DNA of 64,000 nt. It comes from Eledone cirrhosa (taxonomy: Eukaryota). A program made the translations under genes and the position numbers. Each line of letters opens with the position of its first letter. The first letter of the stretch is position 1. Shown here piece after piece: positions 52,428 through 64,000 of the stretch. The stretch spans positions 397,420,001-397,484,000 of the forward strand of contig OZ024741.1 in NCBI GenBank assembly GCA_964016885.1. Reading direction: 5' to 3'. The notes under the pieces were generated by a model. That model searched no databases. It saw nothing but the letters and a program-made list of their open reading frames with translations, and was not told where the DNA came from.

Positions 52428-52711
52428 ATCTCTTTCTCTTAATTTCGAGTATATATTTTTTGACCGGCCACCTTCCTGGTGGCAAGGTTGTAAAAGAAAA
52501 GCAATTGTCATCCCTTGAATCGCAAGAATGTTTTGCAAATTTTGAAGGTGCCAGCTATCGCAGCCATTTGTAGACTATGAATTAGGGAGCTGCGCTTTTT
52601 GACCGCAAATCCAAGTTCAGTCATACTTTGGTCCAAGCGGGTTGGTATATAACCCGTAGCTCCAATAATGATGGGTATGAAGCTAAAGGTGTATCTTGGA
52701 TACTGGATTTG
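52428..52711 (-). mobile_element. 5'-truncated R4/Dong-like element in (TATG)n
   Basis: Minus: YPRYTFSFIPIIIGATGYIP...ELGF.../LQMAAIAGTFKICKTFLRFKG*, matching the R4-type RLE C-terminal pattern; TATG repeats on both sides. Confidence 0.72.
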
Positions 52712-52714
52712 TAC

Positions 52715-52745
<31 letters not shown>

Positions 52746-53024
52746 TGTATGCATGTATGTATGTATGTATGTATGTATGTATGTATGTATGTATGTATGT
52801 ATGTATGTATGTATGTATGTATGTATGTATGTATGTATGTGCGTGTGTGTGCTAAGTATTTCCGTGGAAAAGGTAAAGGAAAGAAAAGTGCTCTATAGTA
52901 CAGAGTTATTTAATTATGTAATAAACAATACAATATAATTAGTCCATTACCCAAGGTTTCACGAAGTCAGAGGAATCTAACAGAGGCGACTGAATCCGTT
53001 CTTATCTGATGAACGAATCAGACT

Positions 53025-53114
<90 letters not shown>

Positions 53115-53155
53115 CGTTTCGCTTATTTCTACCCGCCGAAATACGATTCTCGGTG

Positions 53156-53191
<36 letters not shown>

Positions 53192-53256
53192 TATGTATGT
53201 ATGTAAATAAGTGCCGTACTAAGAGTGAGAAATGAAATTTCGTTTCATTCTATTCC

Positions 53257-53296
<40 letters not shown>

Positions 53297-53299
<3 letters not shown>

Positions 53300-53394
53300 A
53301 ACGAGTAGTCGTTCCTATTACCCACTCTACTACCCTAAGTATTGAGTACTTTGGTGCGATATGGTCCACCTGGTTCCTTACCACATTTCTTCCG

Positions 53395-53442
<48 letters not shown>

Positions 53443-53685
53443 ATATATATATAGGAACAAGTATGACCACGACGGCAGAGCTCAAGCCGTTTCGACGGCT
53501 ATTCCTGATCCAGGAATAGCCGTCGAAACGGCTTGAGCTCTGCCGTCGGGGTAATACTTTTTTCTATTACTCGTACTTTTTCCTATTACCCACTCTACTA
53601 CCTTAAGTATTGAGTACTCTGGTGCGTTATGGTCCATCTGGTTCCTTACCACATCTCCTTCCTTATATATATATATATATAATAT

Positions 53686-53769
<84 letters not shown>

Positions 53770-53945
53770 AAAAGAGTCAGGACGCCGACGGCTGAACTCC
53801 GGCCGTTTCGACAGCTAGACCTGAACTAACCCACTATAGGGTTAGTTCTATTACACACTCTATTACCAACTCTACTACTCTAAATATCGAGTACTCTGGT
53901 GTGTTATGGTACACCTGGTTCCTTACCACACTTCCTTCGTTTTAT
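53297..53945 (+). mobile_element. Three pLTR terminal fragments separated by (TA)n
   Basis: CCTATTACCCACTCTACTACCCTAAGTATTGAGTACT...TTCCTTACCACA family at 53297, 53455 and 53768. Confidence 0.85.
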
Positions 53946-53964
53946 ATATATATATGTATATATT

Positions 53965-54105
<141 letters not shown>

Positions 54106-54186
54106 GGTAAACAGAAATAACAACACAATCGGTATAGTATATGGAAGGAATATATTAGGTTAACACTTGATATAGCAGGAAGACGG

Positions 54187-54222
54187 TCTTAACGTTTCGG
54201 ACGCTAGTCCTTCATCAGAAGA
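54187..54222 (-). ncRNA. Minimal hammerhead ribozyme
   Basis: Identical to 50464-50499, within duplicate fragment 54100-54257. Confidence 0.82.
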
Positions 54223-54829
54223 AAGAATGAGAAATAAGATAGATTGAGGGGACGGGATATATATATATATATACCCATTTTCAACCACGCAGCACGCCAT
54301 TTTTTCATATATTTATACATTTTCCTCTGGTGTGACCCGTCTGTTTCTTTCTTACTGCTTCCCCTTTCTCTGTATCTCTCACTTTCTTTTTACCCCCCTC
54401 TGCCTGTCACTCTCTCAGTTAGCCTCTTCCTCACACTTTCACTCACTCACTCTCTGCTACTCCCTCTCCATCACTTCCTCCCGTTTGACCTGTGCGAAAT
54501 CCTTTCCTCACTCACATTTCAACCAGGTTGGATGGTCTTTTTTTCTCTCGTCTACGATTTCACAGAACTTATTTTCATCGATTTCAGGGACTTGACTCCT
54601 TCTTCCTCACTTTTCGTTGCATTACCATATTTGTTTGTTTGTTTACTGTCTCGCTCGTTCCCCCTATTTACGTGTCCCAACGACTTTCTTTAGCCGTTGC
54701 TCGCACCAACCGGAGGTATATGATCTTTAAAGCGATGAAATACCAATGAAGGCTGGAAATCACTGATGAAGGACTAATTTTATTCATATGTAACCCATTT
54801 GCAACCACGCAGCACGCCATTTTTTCATA

Positions 54830-54870
<41 letters not shown>

Positions 54871-55217
54871 CACTGAATGACACTGAATATATATGTATAT
54901 ATATATATATATATACATACATATATATTCAGTGTCATTCTCGAATATAAATTAAAAACCCACAACTCTACAAAGGCTTCAGTCACTTCTAAAAGTAAGG
55001 AATGTGTTGGTATATATTGTAGAACGATGAAGTTATTATAGTTGATTTCTGTCTCTCTATTACTACCTCCTTTCTTTAATACTTTGGTAAAGAATTCTGA
55101 CAGGAATTTTATGTCCATTAGTGATTTGGAAATTAACATTATCAGACATGCCAGAATGTCTTTTTCTTGTTTGTTTGTTTTTAAATCAATTCAGTAACTT
55201 TATTTACCGAGGCAAAA

Positions 55218-55267
<50 letters not shown>

Positions 55268-55270
<3 letters not shown>

Positions 55271-55465
55271 ACGACGACGGCTGAGCTCAAGCCGTTTCGA
55301 CGGCTAATTCTGGACTAAAAAAAAAAAAAGAATTAGCCGTCGAAACGGCTTGAGCTCAGCCGTCGAGGTCCTACTCGTTCCTATTACCCACTCTACTACC
55401 CTAAGTATTGAGTACTTTGGTGCGTTATGGTCCACCTGGTTCCTTACCACATTTCCTTCGTTATA
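55268..55465 (+). mobile_element. pLTR terminal fragment with fold-back head
   Basis: Same family as 53455; arms CGACGGCTGAGCTCAAGCCGTTTCGACGGCTAATTCT inverted around an A-run. Confidence 0.85.
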
Positions 55466-55503
55466 TATATATATATATATATATTATATTTCTTGTATAT
55501 ATA

Positions 55504-55546
<43 letters not shown>

Positions 55547-55623
55547 ATATATATTATATATATATATATATATTATATATATATATATATATTATATATA
55601 TATATATATATTATATATATATA

Positions 55624-55704
<81 letters not shown>

Positions 55705-55707
<3 letters not shown>

Positions 55708-56987
55708 TAATCTATAAAGCTCAGTGTGTGGTCATGCTCCTTTCTTATAGAAATCTACGATATAGAATTTCTTCAATTGAAATTTACAATTCAGTATTCG
55801 AAATAGCTTCGATTGCGTCTTGGCACAGATAATATTTTCAATTTCACCCACAATTACGCAAAAAATAGATAAAACTCAATATTTTACGATTTTTCTCTGT
55901 CATTTAAACTGCTAAACTCTTTCCACTACCATTCAAAATCAATACAACTTCATACTTCTGCTACTTTCTCTTTCCAAGTTTGATGGTGATACTGTCCGTT
56001 TTACTCTCTCATATCATCTGCTTACCTCTATCTACAACCCACACATTTTGCTACTTTCTCTTTTATACTTCAAACTTACTGATTTATTTCCAAACGCATA
56101 CAAACACACACTCACTTCAAAACATTTATTCAACAACACGCGATAAATCTTTTTTAAAACCTCTTTTCCAAACGCATACAAACACACACTCACTTCAACA
56201 ACAACAACAACAATCTGCCTTTTATAGATAATGATAAACAATAATATCCTCTATGAGGTCACTAAACCTGCTAGAAACAGCAGCTAACTCTCCCCCATAC
56301 CACAACCCTCCCTACTGTATTAAATTTAGAAAACATATCTTCTATGAGGTCACTAAACCTGCTAGAAACAGCAGCTAACTCTCCCCCATATCACACCACT
56401 CCCTACTGTCTTAAATTTAGAAAACACAGATCCTCTATGAGGTTACTAAACCTGCTAGAAACAGCAGCTAACTCTCCATCATCTCACACCCCTCCCTACT
56501 GTCTTAAATTTAGAAAACATATCTTCTATGAGGTCACTAAACCTGCTAGAAACAGCAGCTAACTCTCCCCCATATCACACCACTCCCTACTGTCTTAAAT
56601 TTAGAAAACACATATCCTCTATGAGGTCACTAAACCTGCTAGAAACAACAGCTAACTCTCCCTCATATCACAACCCTCCCTACTGTCTTAAATTTAGAAA
56701 ACACACAGACAACCATGCAGAACAACTCCATCGCAGCTCTGTTGTTCGGCTGGCATCGTCTACGCGCGTGTTGCGCAAGTACTGTGAAACAATAAATTTC
56801 AACACTTTTTTGCACAGAGATAATATCCATAGGCGAAACTACAATTGTCACTGCTGGCACAGCTCCTGCTCCCAAGTCTGCAATTCATTCACCCAATGCC
56901 TGGCAGACAAAAAAGTGCTGCCATAAAATGGGTGGTGCAACCTAACTTTGGTAACTTAAAGACCCCGAGCAACGCCGGGCTTTAATG

Positions 56988-56991
<4 letters not shown>
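55705..56991 (+). mobile_element. Non-autonomous Helitron
   Basis: A|TC 5' end (TCATAATCTATAAAG); 3' hairpin CCCGAGCAACGCCGGG 7 nt before CTAA|T (CTRR); no TSD; inserted in (TA)n. Confidence 0.78.
56245..56705. repeat. 91/93-bp tandem repeat, 5 units, inside the Helitron
   Basis: CTATGAGG at 56251, 56342, 56435, 56526 and 56619. Confidence 0.93.
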
Positions 56992-57024
<33 letters not shown>

Positions 57025-57064
57025 TTTTGTATATATATATATATATATTTTATATATATATATA

Positions 57065-57156
<92 letters not shown>

Positions 57157-57224
57157 TTTTGTATATATATATATATATTTTATATTTTTTGTCTCTGTAA
57201 ATAAAGTTACTGAATATATATATA

Positions 57225-57360
57225 TATTGTTATACTTTGGGAGGGTCATGTTGCCAATAAGAAACACACGCACCTGTTGCTTTCACTTCAATTTATTATA
57301 ATAAATTTATAAATTTAGGAATTTATAAATTTCCGGTTGGTTGGTTCCACAACCAGATGG
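57225..57360 (-). mobile_element. Solo pLTR fragment of the 34533-37290 Penelope family
   Basis: Near-identical to 34535-34671. Confidence 0.9.
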
Positions 57361-57467
57361 GGAGAGGGGAGAGAGAGAGTGTGTGTGCGGGTGTGTGTGT
57401 GTGTTTGAGAGTGAGAGAGATAGTGGGGAGGGGAGAGTGAGAGTGAGAGAGGGGAGAGGAGAGAGAG

Positions 57468-57529
<62 letters not shown>

Positions 57530-57922
57530 GGAGAGGGGGGTGAGAAAGGGGGAGAGTGAGAGGGGCCAGAGAGAGAGAGAGCAACAGACTCTACATCCCA
57601 GTCTATATTGTATCTCTCAGTTTTGCCTTGCGGACAAAATGGCGGAGGCATGATGGATTGTTTGTTTGTATTTTTTTGTTATTCTTTTACTATCTAAAAG
57701 AAACTACAGCGTCTAGATAAAACAGGAGGCAAAGTGATTATCCTGCCTTCAGGCTAAACACTTTGCAACATTAGAGGTGGAATGTCTTTGAAATTCTTCG
57801 ATCGCTTTGGAATGTCTTTGAAATTCCTGTATCGTCTGTGGCAACCCCATGGAGTCATATATTTACGTTAACTCAGATTTGATGTAAAAGATATGTTTAG
57901 TGACTAAATACAGTGTTTTACA

Positions 57923-58402
57923 TACGAGAGAAGGCTGAAAGGTTCAAAGTGCGACCAAGATACTCTCATGGAATGACCAAATGAGGTTTATTTTTCAACA
58001 TAGTCCCAAGAAAGAAACAATGCAGTTATTAATAAGAAGAGTTGAAATTAATGCCTTTAAGATTTCACAGCTCTAGCATTATTCTTTCATAGTCAGCCTA
58101 TGAACGTTTCAGAAAACCCTCGTGTGTGTGTGTGTATATATATATATATACATATATATATAAATGTGTGTGTGTGTATGTGTGTGAGTGTGAGTGTGTG
58201 TGTGTGCGTGTATACGAGGGTGGACTGAAAAGTTCGTAGGCTGACCAAGATACTCTCATGGAATGACCAAATGAGGTTTATTTTTCAACATAGTCCCTGG
58301 AAAGAAACAATATAGTTATTAATAAGAAGAGTTGAAATGAATGTATGCAAGATTTCACAGCTCTAGCATCACAGCTTCATTGCCAGACTATGAACGTTTC
58401 AG
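57923..58402. mobile_element. Two mariner-like MITE copies
   Basis: TACGAGGGTGGACTGAAAAGTTC-type TIR; copies at 57923-58122 and 58213-58402 (second truncated). Confidence 0.75.
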
Positions 58403-58555
58403 ATGTTGTAAGAACCCAACACAGTGCTGGAAGCGGTTTCAACCAGTTTTAATATTTCATTCCATAACGAATCTTTTCACTGATGTCTTTTGTGTTATTT
58501 TATTGAGAAAATCTACATCTTTCTTTAAAGTTCTTGTTATATCATTTATTTCTAC

Positions 58556-58592
<37 letters not shown>

Positions 58593-58959
58593 TGTATGTA
58601 TGTATGTATGTATGTATGTATGTATGTATGTATGTATGTATGTATGTATGTATGTATGTTTGTGTCAGATCTCATTTGAGTGCTACTGGTAACATGTAAC
58701 CCAGTGCAACCTGTCGCATGGTCGGGTCGTCGGCCATTAAACTGGCAACCCCACCAAGCTTGCTTGGTGAGGAGGGTGATATTTGGACACCCTGCGGGAT
58801 GAAATGGATGATGTATGCATGTATGAATGTGTGAAGGCGCAAAGCTTAGTGGTTGGATCATTGGGCTTGCAATCGAGAAGTTGTGAGTTCAATTCTCGGA
58901 CCGGGTGATGGTTTGTGTCCTTGAACAAGACACTTTATTTATGTTTGTGTAAGTGTGTA

Positions 58960-59215
58960 TATAGAGAAGGTATTTCCTCGGAGGATGGTGAGGGAACCGC
59001 GCTGGAAGAACCATTCAAGTTTGCAAGGCTCACACCTGCGGGTAGCCAACTCCGTGTCGATGGTGGTGAGTAGGGAGGTAGCCCTCGGGCTAAGGGCACC
59101 AGAAATCTCCACTGCTAGGGGCTCGACCACAAACCTGTCGGAGAGCGACCGATATTTGAAGAGTTTACCTTCTTCGGCCCGAAGTGCAGCAGAGCCTGGG
59201 TTAGTCACGGACTAC
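58960..59215 (-). mobile_element. CRE-clade 3' fragment (same family as 21915-23960)
   Basis: TNPGSAALRAEEGKLFKYRSLSDRFVVEPLAVE matches the 23483-23872 ORF. Confidence 0.9.
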
Positions 59216-59539
59216 ACCATGTTGCCGCTGGAGTATGTAAAATATTGTTTGTTCACTTCTCTGACTTCAATAAAAAGAGCTCCTAGTCAATATGGCGCCT
59301 ATGACACATACTCTGCTTTCCCTACCCTAGTGACGTGGTTGTTTGTGTCCAGTCATTGTTCAAAGGTATTCTGTTCCTTCCTTATTATATTTGTCTTTCA
59401 TCTATGAAATCCCTTTATATTTTCTTTTTCTTTCTCCCAGAAATTATAGGAGGGGGTTGAAGGGAGGGGGTTGTTCTGTGGTCGTCTGGGAGCCTTAAAC
59501 TTCGTAAATAACATTTATCTCAAATATCTTTAATATGAT

Positions 59540-59815
59540 ACTGTTGTTGTTGTTGTTATTGGTGTTGTAGGTGCTGCTGTTGTTGATATTACCGTTGTTG
59601 TTGTTACTTTTGTAGTTGTTGTTGTAGTAGCTGTTATTGTTACTGTTATTACTACTGTTCTTGATATTACTGTCGTTGCTGTTGTTGTTGTTGCTGCTGC
59701 TACTGCTCTGGTTATTGTTACTGTCGTTGTTGTCATTATTGTTATTGTTGGTGCTGTCTTTGTTATTGTTGTTGTTACTGTTGTTGTTACTGTTGTTGTT
59801 ACTGTTGTTGTTAGT
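59540..59815. repeat. (GTT/ATT/GCT)n tract
   Basis: Degenerate trinucleotide run. Confidence 0.9.
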
Positions 59816-59964
59816 GAGATGTGTTGTCAGACACACTAAAGTGTCACAAACAACTTATTAACTTCACTCACTGCTATTGTTTTTCCTGTTTGTGTGTTTT
59901 ATGTGTTCAAGTCCTAGCAGCACTTATTTGGTCTGTCACTCTTCTAAGATCGATAAATGATCGT

Positions 59965-60172
59965 TTCTGATTTAGGCACAAGACCAACAATTTAGGGGGG
60001 AGGGGAAAGTCGATTAAATCAACCCCAGTGAATTACTGGTATTTTATTTATCGACCCCGTAAGGAGGAAAGTCAACGCTAACCTCGGCGGGATTTGAACT
60101 CAGAACGTAAAGGGCTGTAACTCTATGCCACAAAGAAAGTTTTCAGATGCCCAACCGATACTGCTAATCCAC
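59965..60172 (-). mobile_element. SINE copy
   Basis: Full SINE core and reverse tRNA head. Confidence 0.82.
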
Positions 60173-60600
60173 CCCCCTTTCTGTGTATCTGTGTATGTCA
60201 GCGTGTGTGTTTGTGCATATCTGTGTGTGTGATTGTATATATATATGCGTGTGTGTGTGTATCTGTGTGTATATATATGTGAGTGTATCTGTCTATGTGT
60301 ATGTGTGTGTGTGAGTCTGTAAGTGAATGTATGTGTTTTATATTGTACATAGTGTGTCGAAGTGATATTTCAGCACTTCTCAATCATAGAAAAATATATG
60401 AAAGAAAAATGCACAGACAGATAGACAGATAGATAGATAGAGAGAGGGGGAGAGAGAGGGGGTGGAGATGGAGAGAGAGACAGGGAGGCAACAAAAGAGA
60501 CTTACAGAGGGTTGGGGGGCAACAAAAGGTAATTACAGAGAGAGAGAAAGAAAAAGACAGACAACAAAATAAAAATGCACAGACATACAGACAGTGAGAC

Positions 60601-60631
<31 letters not shown>

Positions 60632-60968
60632 GACAGACAACTAAAGAGAGGTACACAGACAGACAGAGAGAGAGCTAACAAAAGAGAGGTACACACGGTT
60701 GGTTAACAATCCGCCATACAAAGTTGGTAGAAAATGGCGTAGTTGGTAATTCAAAGATAGGGGCGATAACCGGAAAAGCGAATCTAGAACAAAATAATCG
60801 ATTTAGCAAAGATCATTAAAGAAAGTGTTTAATTAAAAGTGTTAACAATAGAAATGATTTTCTGTTAGCGGAAATCTCTTTAGTGTGTTGTTTTCACACT
60901 ATTGGGTATCTCATCTAGTTCAGTGAAACTACAAACTGACGCTGTATTCGCTTTATATTAGTCTGGCC

Positions 60969-61064
<96 letters not shown>

Positions 61065-61362
61065 TGAAAAAATGAAATTTCATTTCTCACTCTTAGTACG
61101 GCTGATACTTAAATATAAGTATGTATTAAGTATTCCTGTCAATCGATTGAACGTTTGAAATTATATACTTTCCTTATGCATATTAACGGCTGAGTAGCCT
61201 AATATGCATATCGAGTGAGTTAGTCGGCCGGGCGTACCGAATACGATAAATGGAAAAAATGGCCGACTAACTCACTCGATATGCAAATTAGGCTGCTCAG
61301 CCGTTAATATGCATAAGGAAAGTATATAATTTCAAACGTTCAATCGATTGACAGGAAGGTAT

Positions 61363-61405
61363 ACGGTGCTGATGATAGCTAATAAGCTAGAAACTAGTTC
61401 ACCGT
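61363..61405 (+). ncRNA. Minimal type I hammerhead ribozyme (unit 1)
   Basis: ACGGUG CUGAUGA UAGCU AAUA AGCUA GAAA CUAG UU CACCGU. Confidence 0.88.
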
Positions 61406-61785
61406 TCCTTTGACAGTGTTGAACAAAAGGTCAACGATGGTTGCCGAACACTGTACAGCTTAATTCGGGCTGTTTGTTTACAAACAGACCGAACATTATA
61501 ATAAATGTTCGGTAAACCCATACGTACATATATATATGTGTATATGTATGTATGATTATACATACTACTATACGTCTGTATACATATATGTATATACGTA
61601 TACATACTTATATTTAAGTAACAGCCGTACTAAGAGTGAGAAATGAAATTTCATTTTTTCCATTTATCGTTTTCGGTACGCCCGACCGACTAACTCACTC
61701 GATATGCAAATTAGGCTGCTCAGCCGTTAATATGCATAAGGAAAGTATATACTTTCAAACGTTCAATCGATTGACAGGAATGTAT

Positions 61786-61828
61786 ACGGTGCTGATGACA
61801 GCTAATAAGCTAGAAACTAGTTCATCGT
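61786..61828 (+). ncRNA. Minimal type I hammerhead ribozyme (unit 2)
   Basis: ACGGUG CUGAUGA CAGCU AAUA AGCUA GAAA CUAG UU CAUCGU; one C-A mismatch in stem II, one G-U in stem I. Confidence 0.8.
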
Positions 61829-62017
61829 TCCTTTGACAGTGTTGAAGAAAAGGGCAACGATGGTTGCCGAACATTATACGGCTTAATTTACAAACAAACC
61901 GAACATTATAATAAATGTTCGGTAAACCCATACGTACATATATATATGTGTACATGTATGCATGATTATATATACTACTGCACGTCTGTATACATATATG
62001 TATGTACGTATACATAC

Positions 62018-62089
<72 letters not shown>

Positions 62090-62162
62090 CATACTTATAT
62101 ATATATATATATATAATATCAATAATATTAATAAATGGTAGCTATCTTTAGAAAACCATATT

Positions 62163-62223
62163 TATTTTATTATACATATTTCAAGGGTACCAATATTTTA
62201 GTACGCTTTCGTCAGATAAAATA
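62163..62223 (-). ncRNA. Type I hammerhead ribozyme (family of 51736)
   Basis: Minus: UAUUUUAU CUGACGA AAGCGUAC...GUACCCUU GAAA UAUGUA UA AUAAAAUA. Confidence 0.82.
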
Positions 62224-62501
62224 CAATATTTGGTTTAAAGATAGTGACATATCTTCATGTGAACTTTATGTTATAAGTTTATTGAAGATAGTGATTACAT
62301 TTTCAAAACCTAGGATCAATATTCTAATGAGGATAACGTTAAAACTCAAAAGGATCGTTAAGTTTAGATGCTAGATAGATTTTAAATAATTATCTAAATT
62401 ATTTTTCTAGAAAAGGTTTGCTATTAAAATTGAAAATAATATTTCAAGTTAATTTAGGAATATTTATAGAAATATGCATATATACATCCAAATAACTCAT
62501 T

Positions 62502-62542
<41 letters not shown>

Positions 62543-62545
<3 letters not shown>

Positions 62546-62702
62546 GTTTAAATAGCTTGACAAATTGAACATTGTGGCAGGCAAAATCCCACACACAATA
62601 CCAAAGTAACGAAAGAACTAACAGGTTGCTTTCGTTACTTTGGTATTGTGTGTGGGATTTTGCCTGCCACAATGTTCAATTTGTCAAGCTATTTAAACGT
62701 AT
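62543..62702. repeat. Perfect about 73-bp-arm palindrome next to (TA)n
   Basis: ATACGTTTAAATAGC...GTAACGAAAG / CTTTCGTTAC...GCTATTTAAACGTAT with a 13-nt spacer. Confidence 0.9.
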
Positions 62703-62807
62703 GTTATTACTCTAAGGATCTACCTTGTCGAGTGCTTTGCTAACTCATTCATATAGTAGGCCAAATTTGCTTGCACACCGCCAGAGATTTGATTTTACTA
62801 AGTATCC

Positions 62808-62845
<38 letters not shown>

Positions 62846-63131
62846 TATGTCCTTAGAATCATTTGATAAGATGTATACTCAATTTCCTCTCCCAATTACC
62901 ATAATCAACCACACAAAAAAACAATTAAACCAGGCTATAAGATTAAAAGGCACCTGTGAAGAAACAATAGATAAATAAACGATACCCATTTATTCGCGAT
63001 CAACAGCCATAGAATATTTACCCATCATTTCAATAGCACGTGGAAATCGATTAAATATATCGTCAACCATACACAATTAGGTATAAAATTAAAGTTATAA
63101 GAAAAAATGCATATACACATACCAGGATTAC

Positions 63132-63212
63132 GTTTCTACCCTTAGGGTTTCGTTCCCTTTCGGAAATATCCTATCAAGGATAAATTCTCGAGCTTCGAAC
63201 TCATCAGGAAAC
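63132..63212 (-). ncRNA. Type I hammerhead ribozyme with extended stem II
   Basis: Minus: GUUUC CUGAUGA GUUC...GAAC GAAA CCC UAA GGG UA GAAAC; canonical G-C closing pair, GUA site. Confidence 0.85.
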
Positions 63213-63537
63213 AAACTCACTTGGACACAGATTTTTCTTAAATGATCCCCGCCAGAAACGAATTCAAAATGGCTAAGAACTGTGACGTGGCAGTGATCAA
63301 GTCAGAAAGAATGTGATTGGTGCCTACGGCTAGTAGGCTGGTTGCTAGAAACCGCAGCCTAATATTGCCCTCAATTGCATCTCAACCTTATGGGAGATTA
63401 TATATATATATATATGCAGAGGTTATATTTAATTTGTTGGGATTCAACAAGCTTAAAAATTTTATAACTAATATAAAGCACTCAACAGATAAGTGGAGTA
63501 AATATTCAATATATTAAATATATTAACTTATTATTAA

Positions 63538-63715
63538 TTGGCAGTATCGGTAGAGAGTCGGACGCCATGCTTTCCAGCATAGATACGTTTCTTTACGGTC
63601 TGAGTTCAAATCCCGCCGAGGTTAACTTTGCCTTTCATCCTTACGGGGTCGATAAAATAAAGTACCAGTAATGTACTGGGTAATTGCTGGCCTTGTGCCA
63701 AAAGTAGAAACAATT
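63538..63715 (+). mobile_element. tRNA-derived SINE
   Basis: TGGCAGTATCGG (A-box-like) ... GAGTTCAAATCC (B-box) + core + AAAAGTAGAAACAATTAT tail. Confidence 0.88.
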
Positions 63716-64000
63716 ATAAATATTATCAATATATTAACTTATAATTATAAATATTATAATAGCATAATGAACGTTATATTTACGTTCTGAGTATTTATCC
63801 ATGTAAAACTTATTTCTTAGTTCGCTTCGCTTCTCTTCACTATCACTATGCATAATCTTGTCTTTCCTTCTTCTCTTTTTCTCTTTCCCTTTTCTTCTCT
63901 CTCCCTTTCACTATTCTTTCTTCCTCTCTTTCAATATTTTTTCTCTCTCTCCCTCTCAATATTTTTTCTCTCTCCCTCTCAATATTTTCCCCTCTCCCTT

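Larger units (their letters stand above)
61065..62020 (+). mobile_element. 423-bp tandem hammerhead-containing repeat with inverted 5' segments (retrozyme-like / tandem pLTR)
   Basis: CCGACTAACTCACTCG at 61263 and 61686; 61068-61258 is composed of inverted pieces of the unit; (TA)n on both sides; non-coding. Confidence 0.82.

Noticed and set aside
56344-56926. Repetitive ORFs MRSLNLLETAANSPPY...
   Set aside because: Derived from the 91/93-bp tandem repeat inside the Helitron; the frame is not maintained between units.

Overview
Gene-poor, repeat-saturated eukaryotic genomic DNA. The tRNA-derived SINE families, (TA)n/(CA)n abundance and AT-richness point to an octopod cephalopod (inference from sequence recognition, no search run). 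1-14.3 kb is a 47-bp satellite with higher-order duplications. The rest is a mosaic of transposon relics: two near-complete Penelope-like elements (RT + GIY-YIG; one Naiad-like), CRE-, RTE-, R4/Dong- and L1/Tx1-type LINE fragments, hAT and Tc1/mariner MITEs, a non-autonomous Helitron, many SINEs and microsatellites. No host protein-coding gene could be supported; almost all listed ORFs are microsatellite or TE artefacts. The main hidden signal is about 18 hand-folded type I hammerhead-ribozyme motifs from a dozen or more unrelated Penelope-pLTR-like families. Many sit next to (TA)n tracts. They include core variants (U3-A8, U4A, U-U at the base of stem II), fold-back palindromes whose turning points lie in ribozyme hairpins, and a 423-bp tandem hammerhead dimer resembling a retrozyme. 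All folds and boundaries were read by eye and are approximate.
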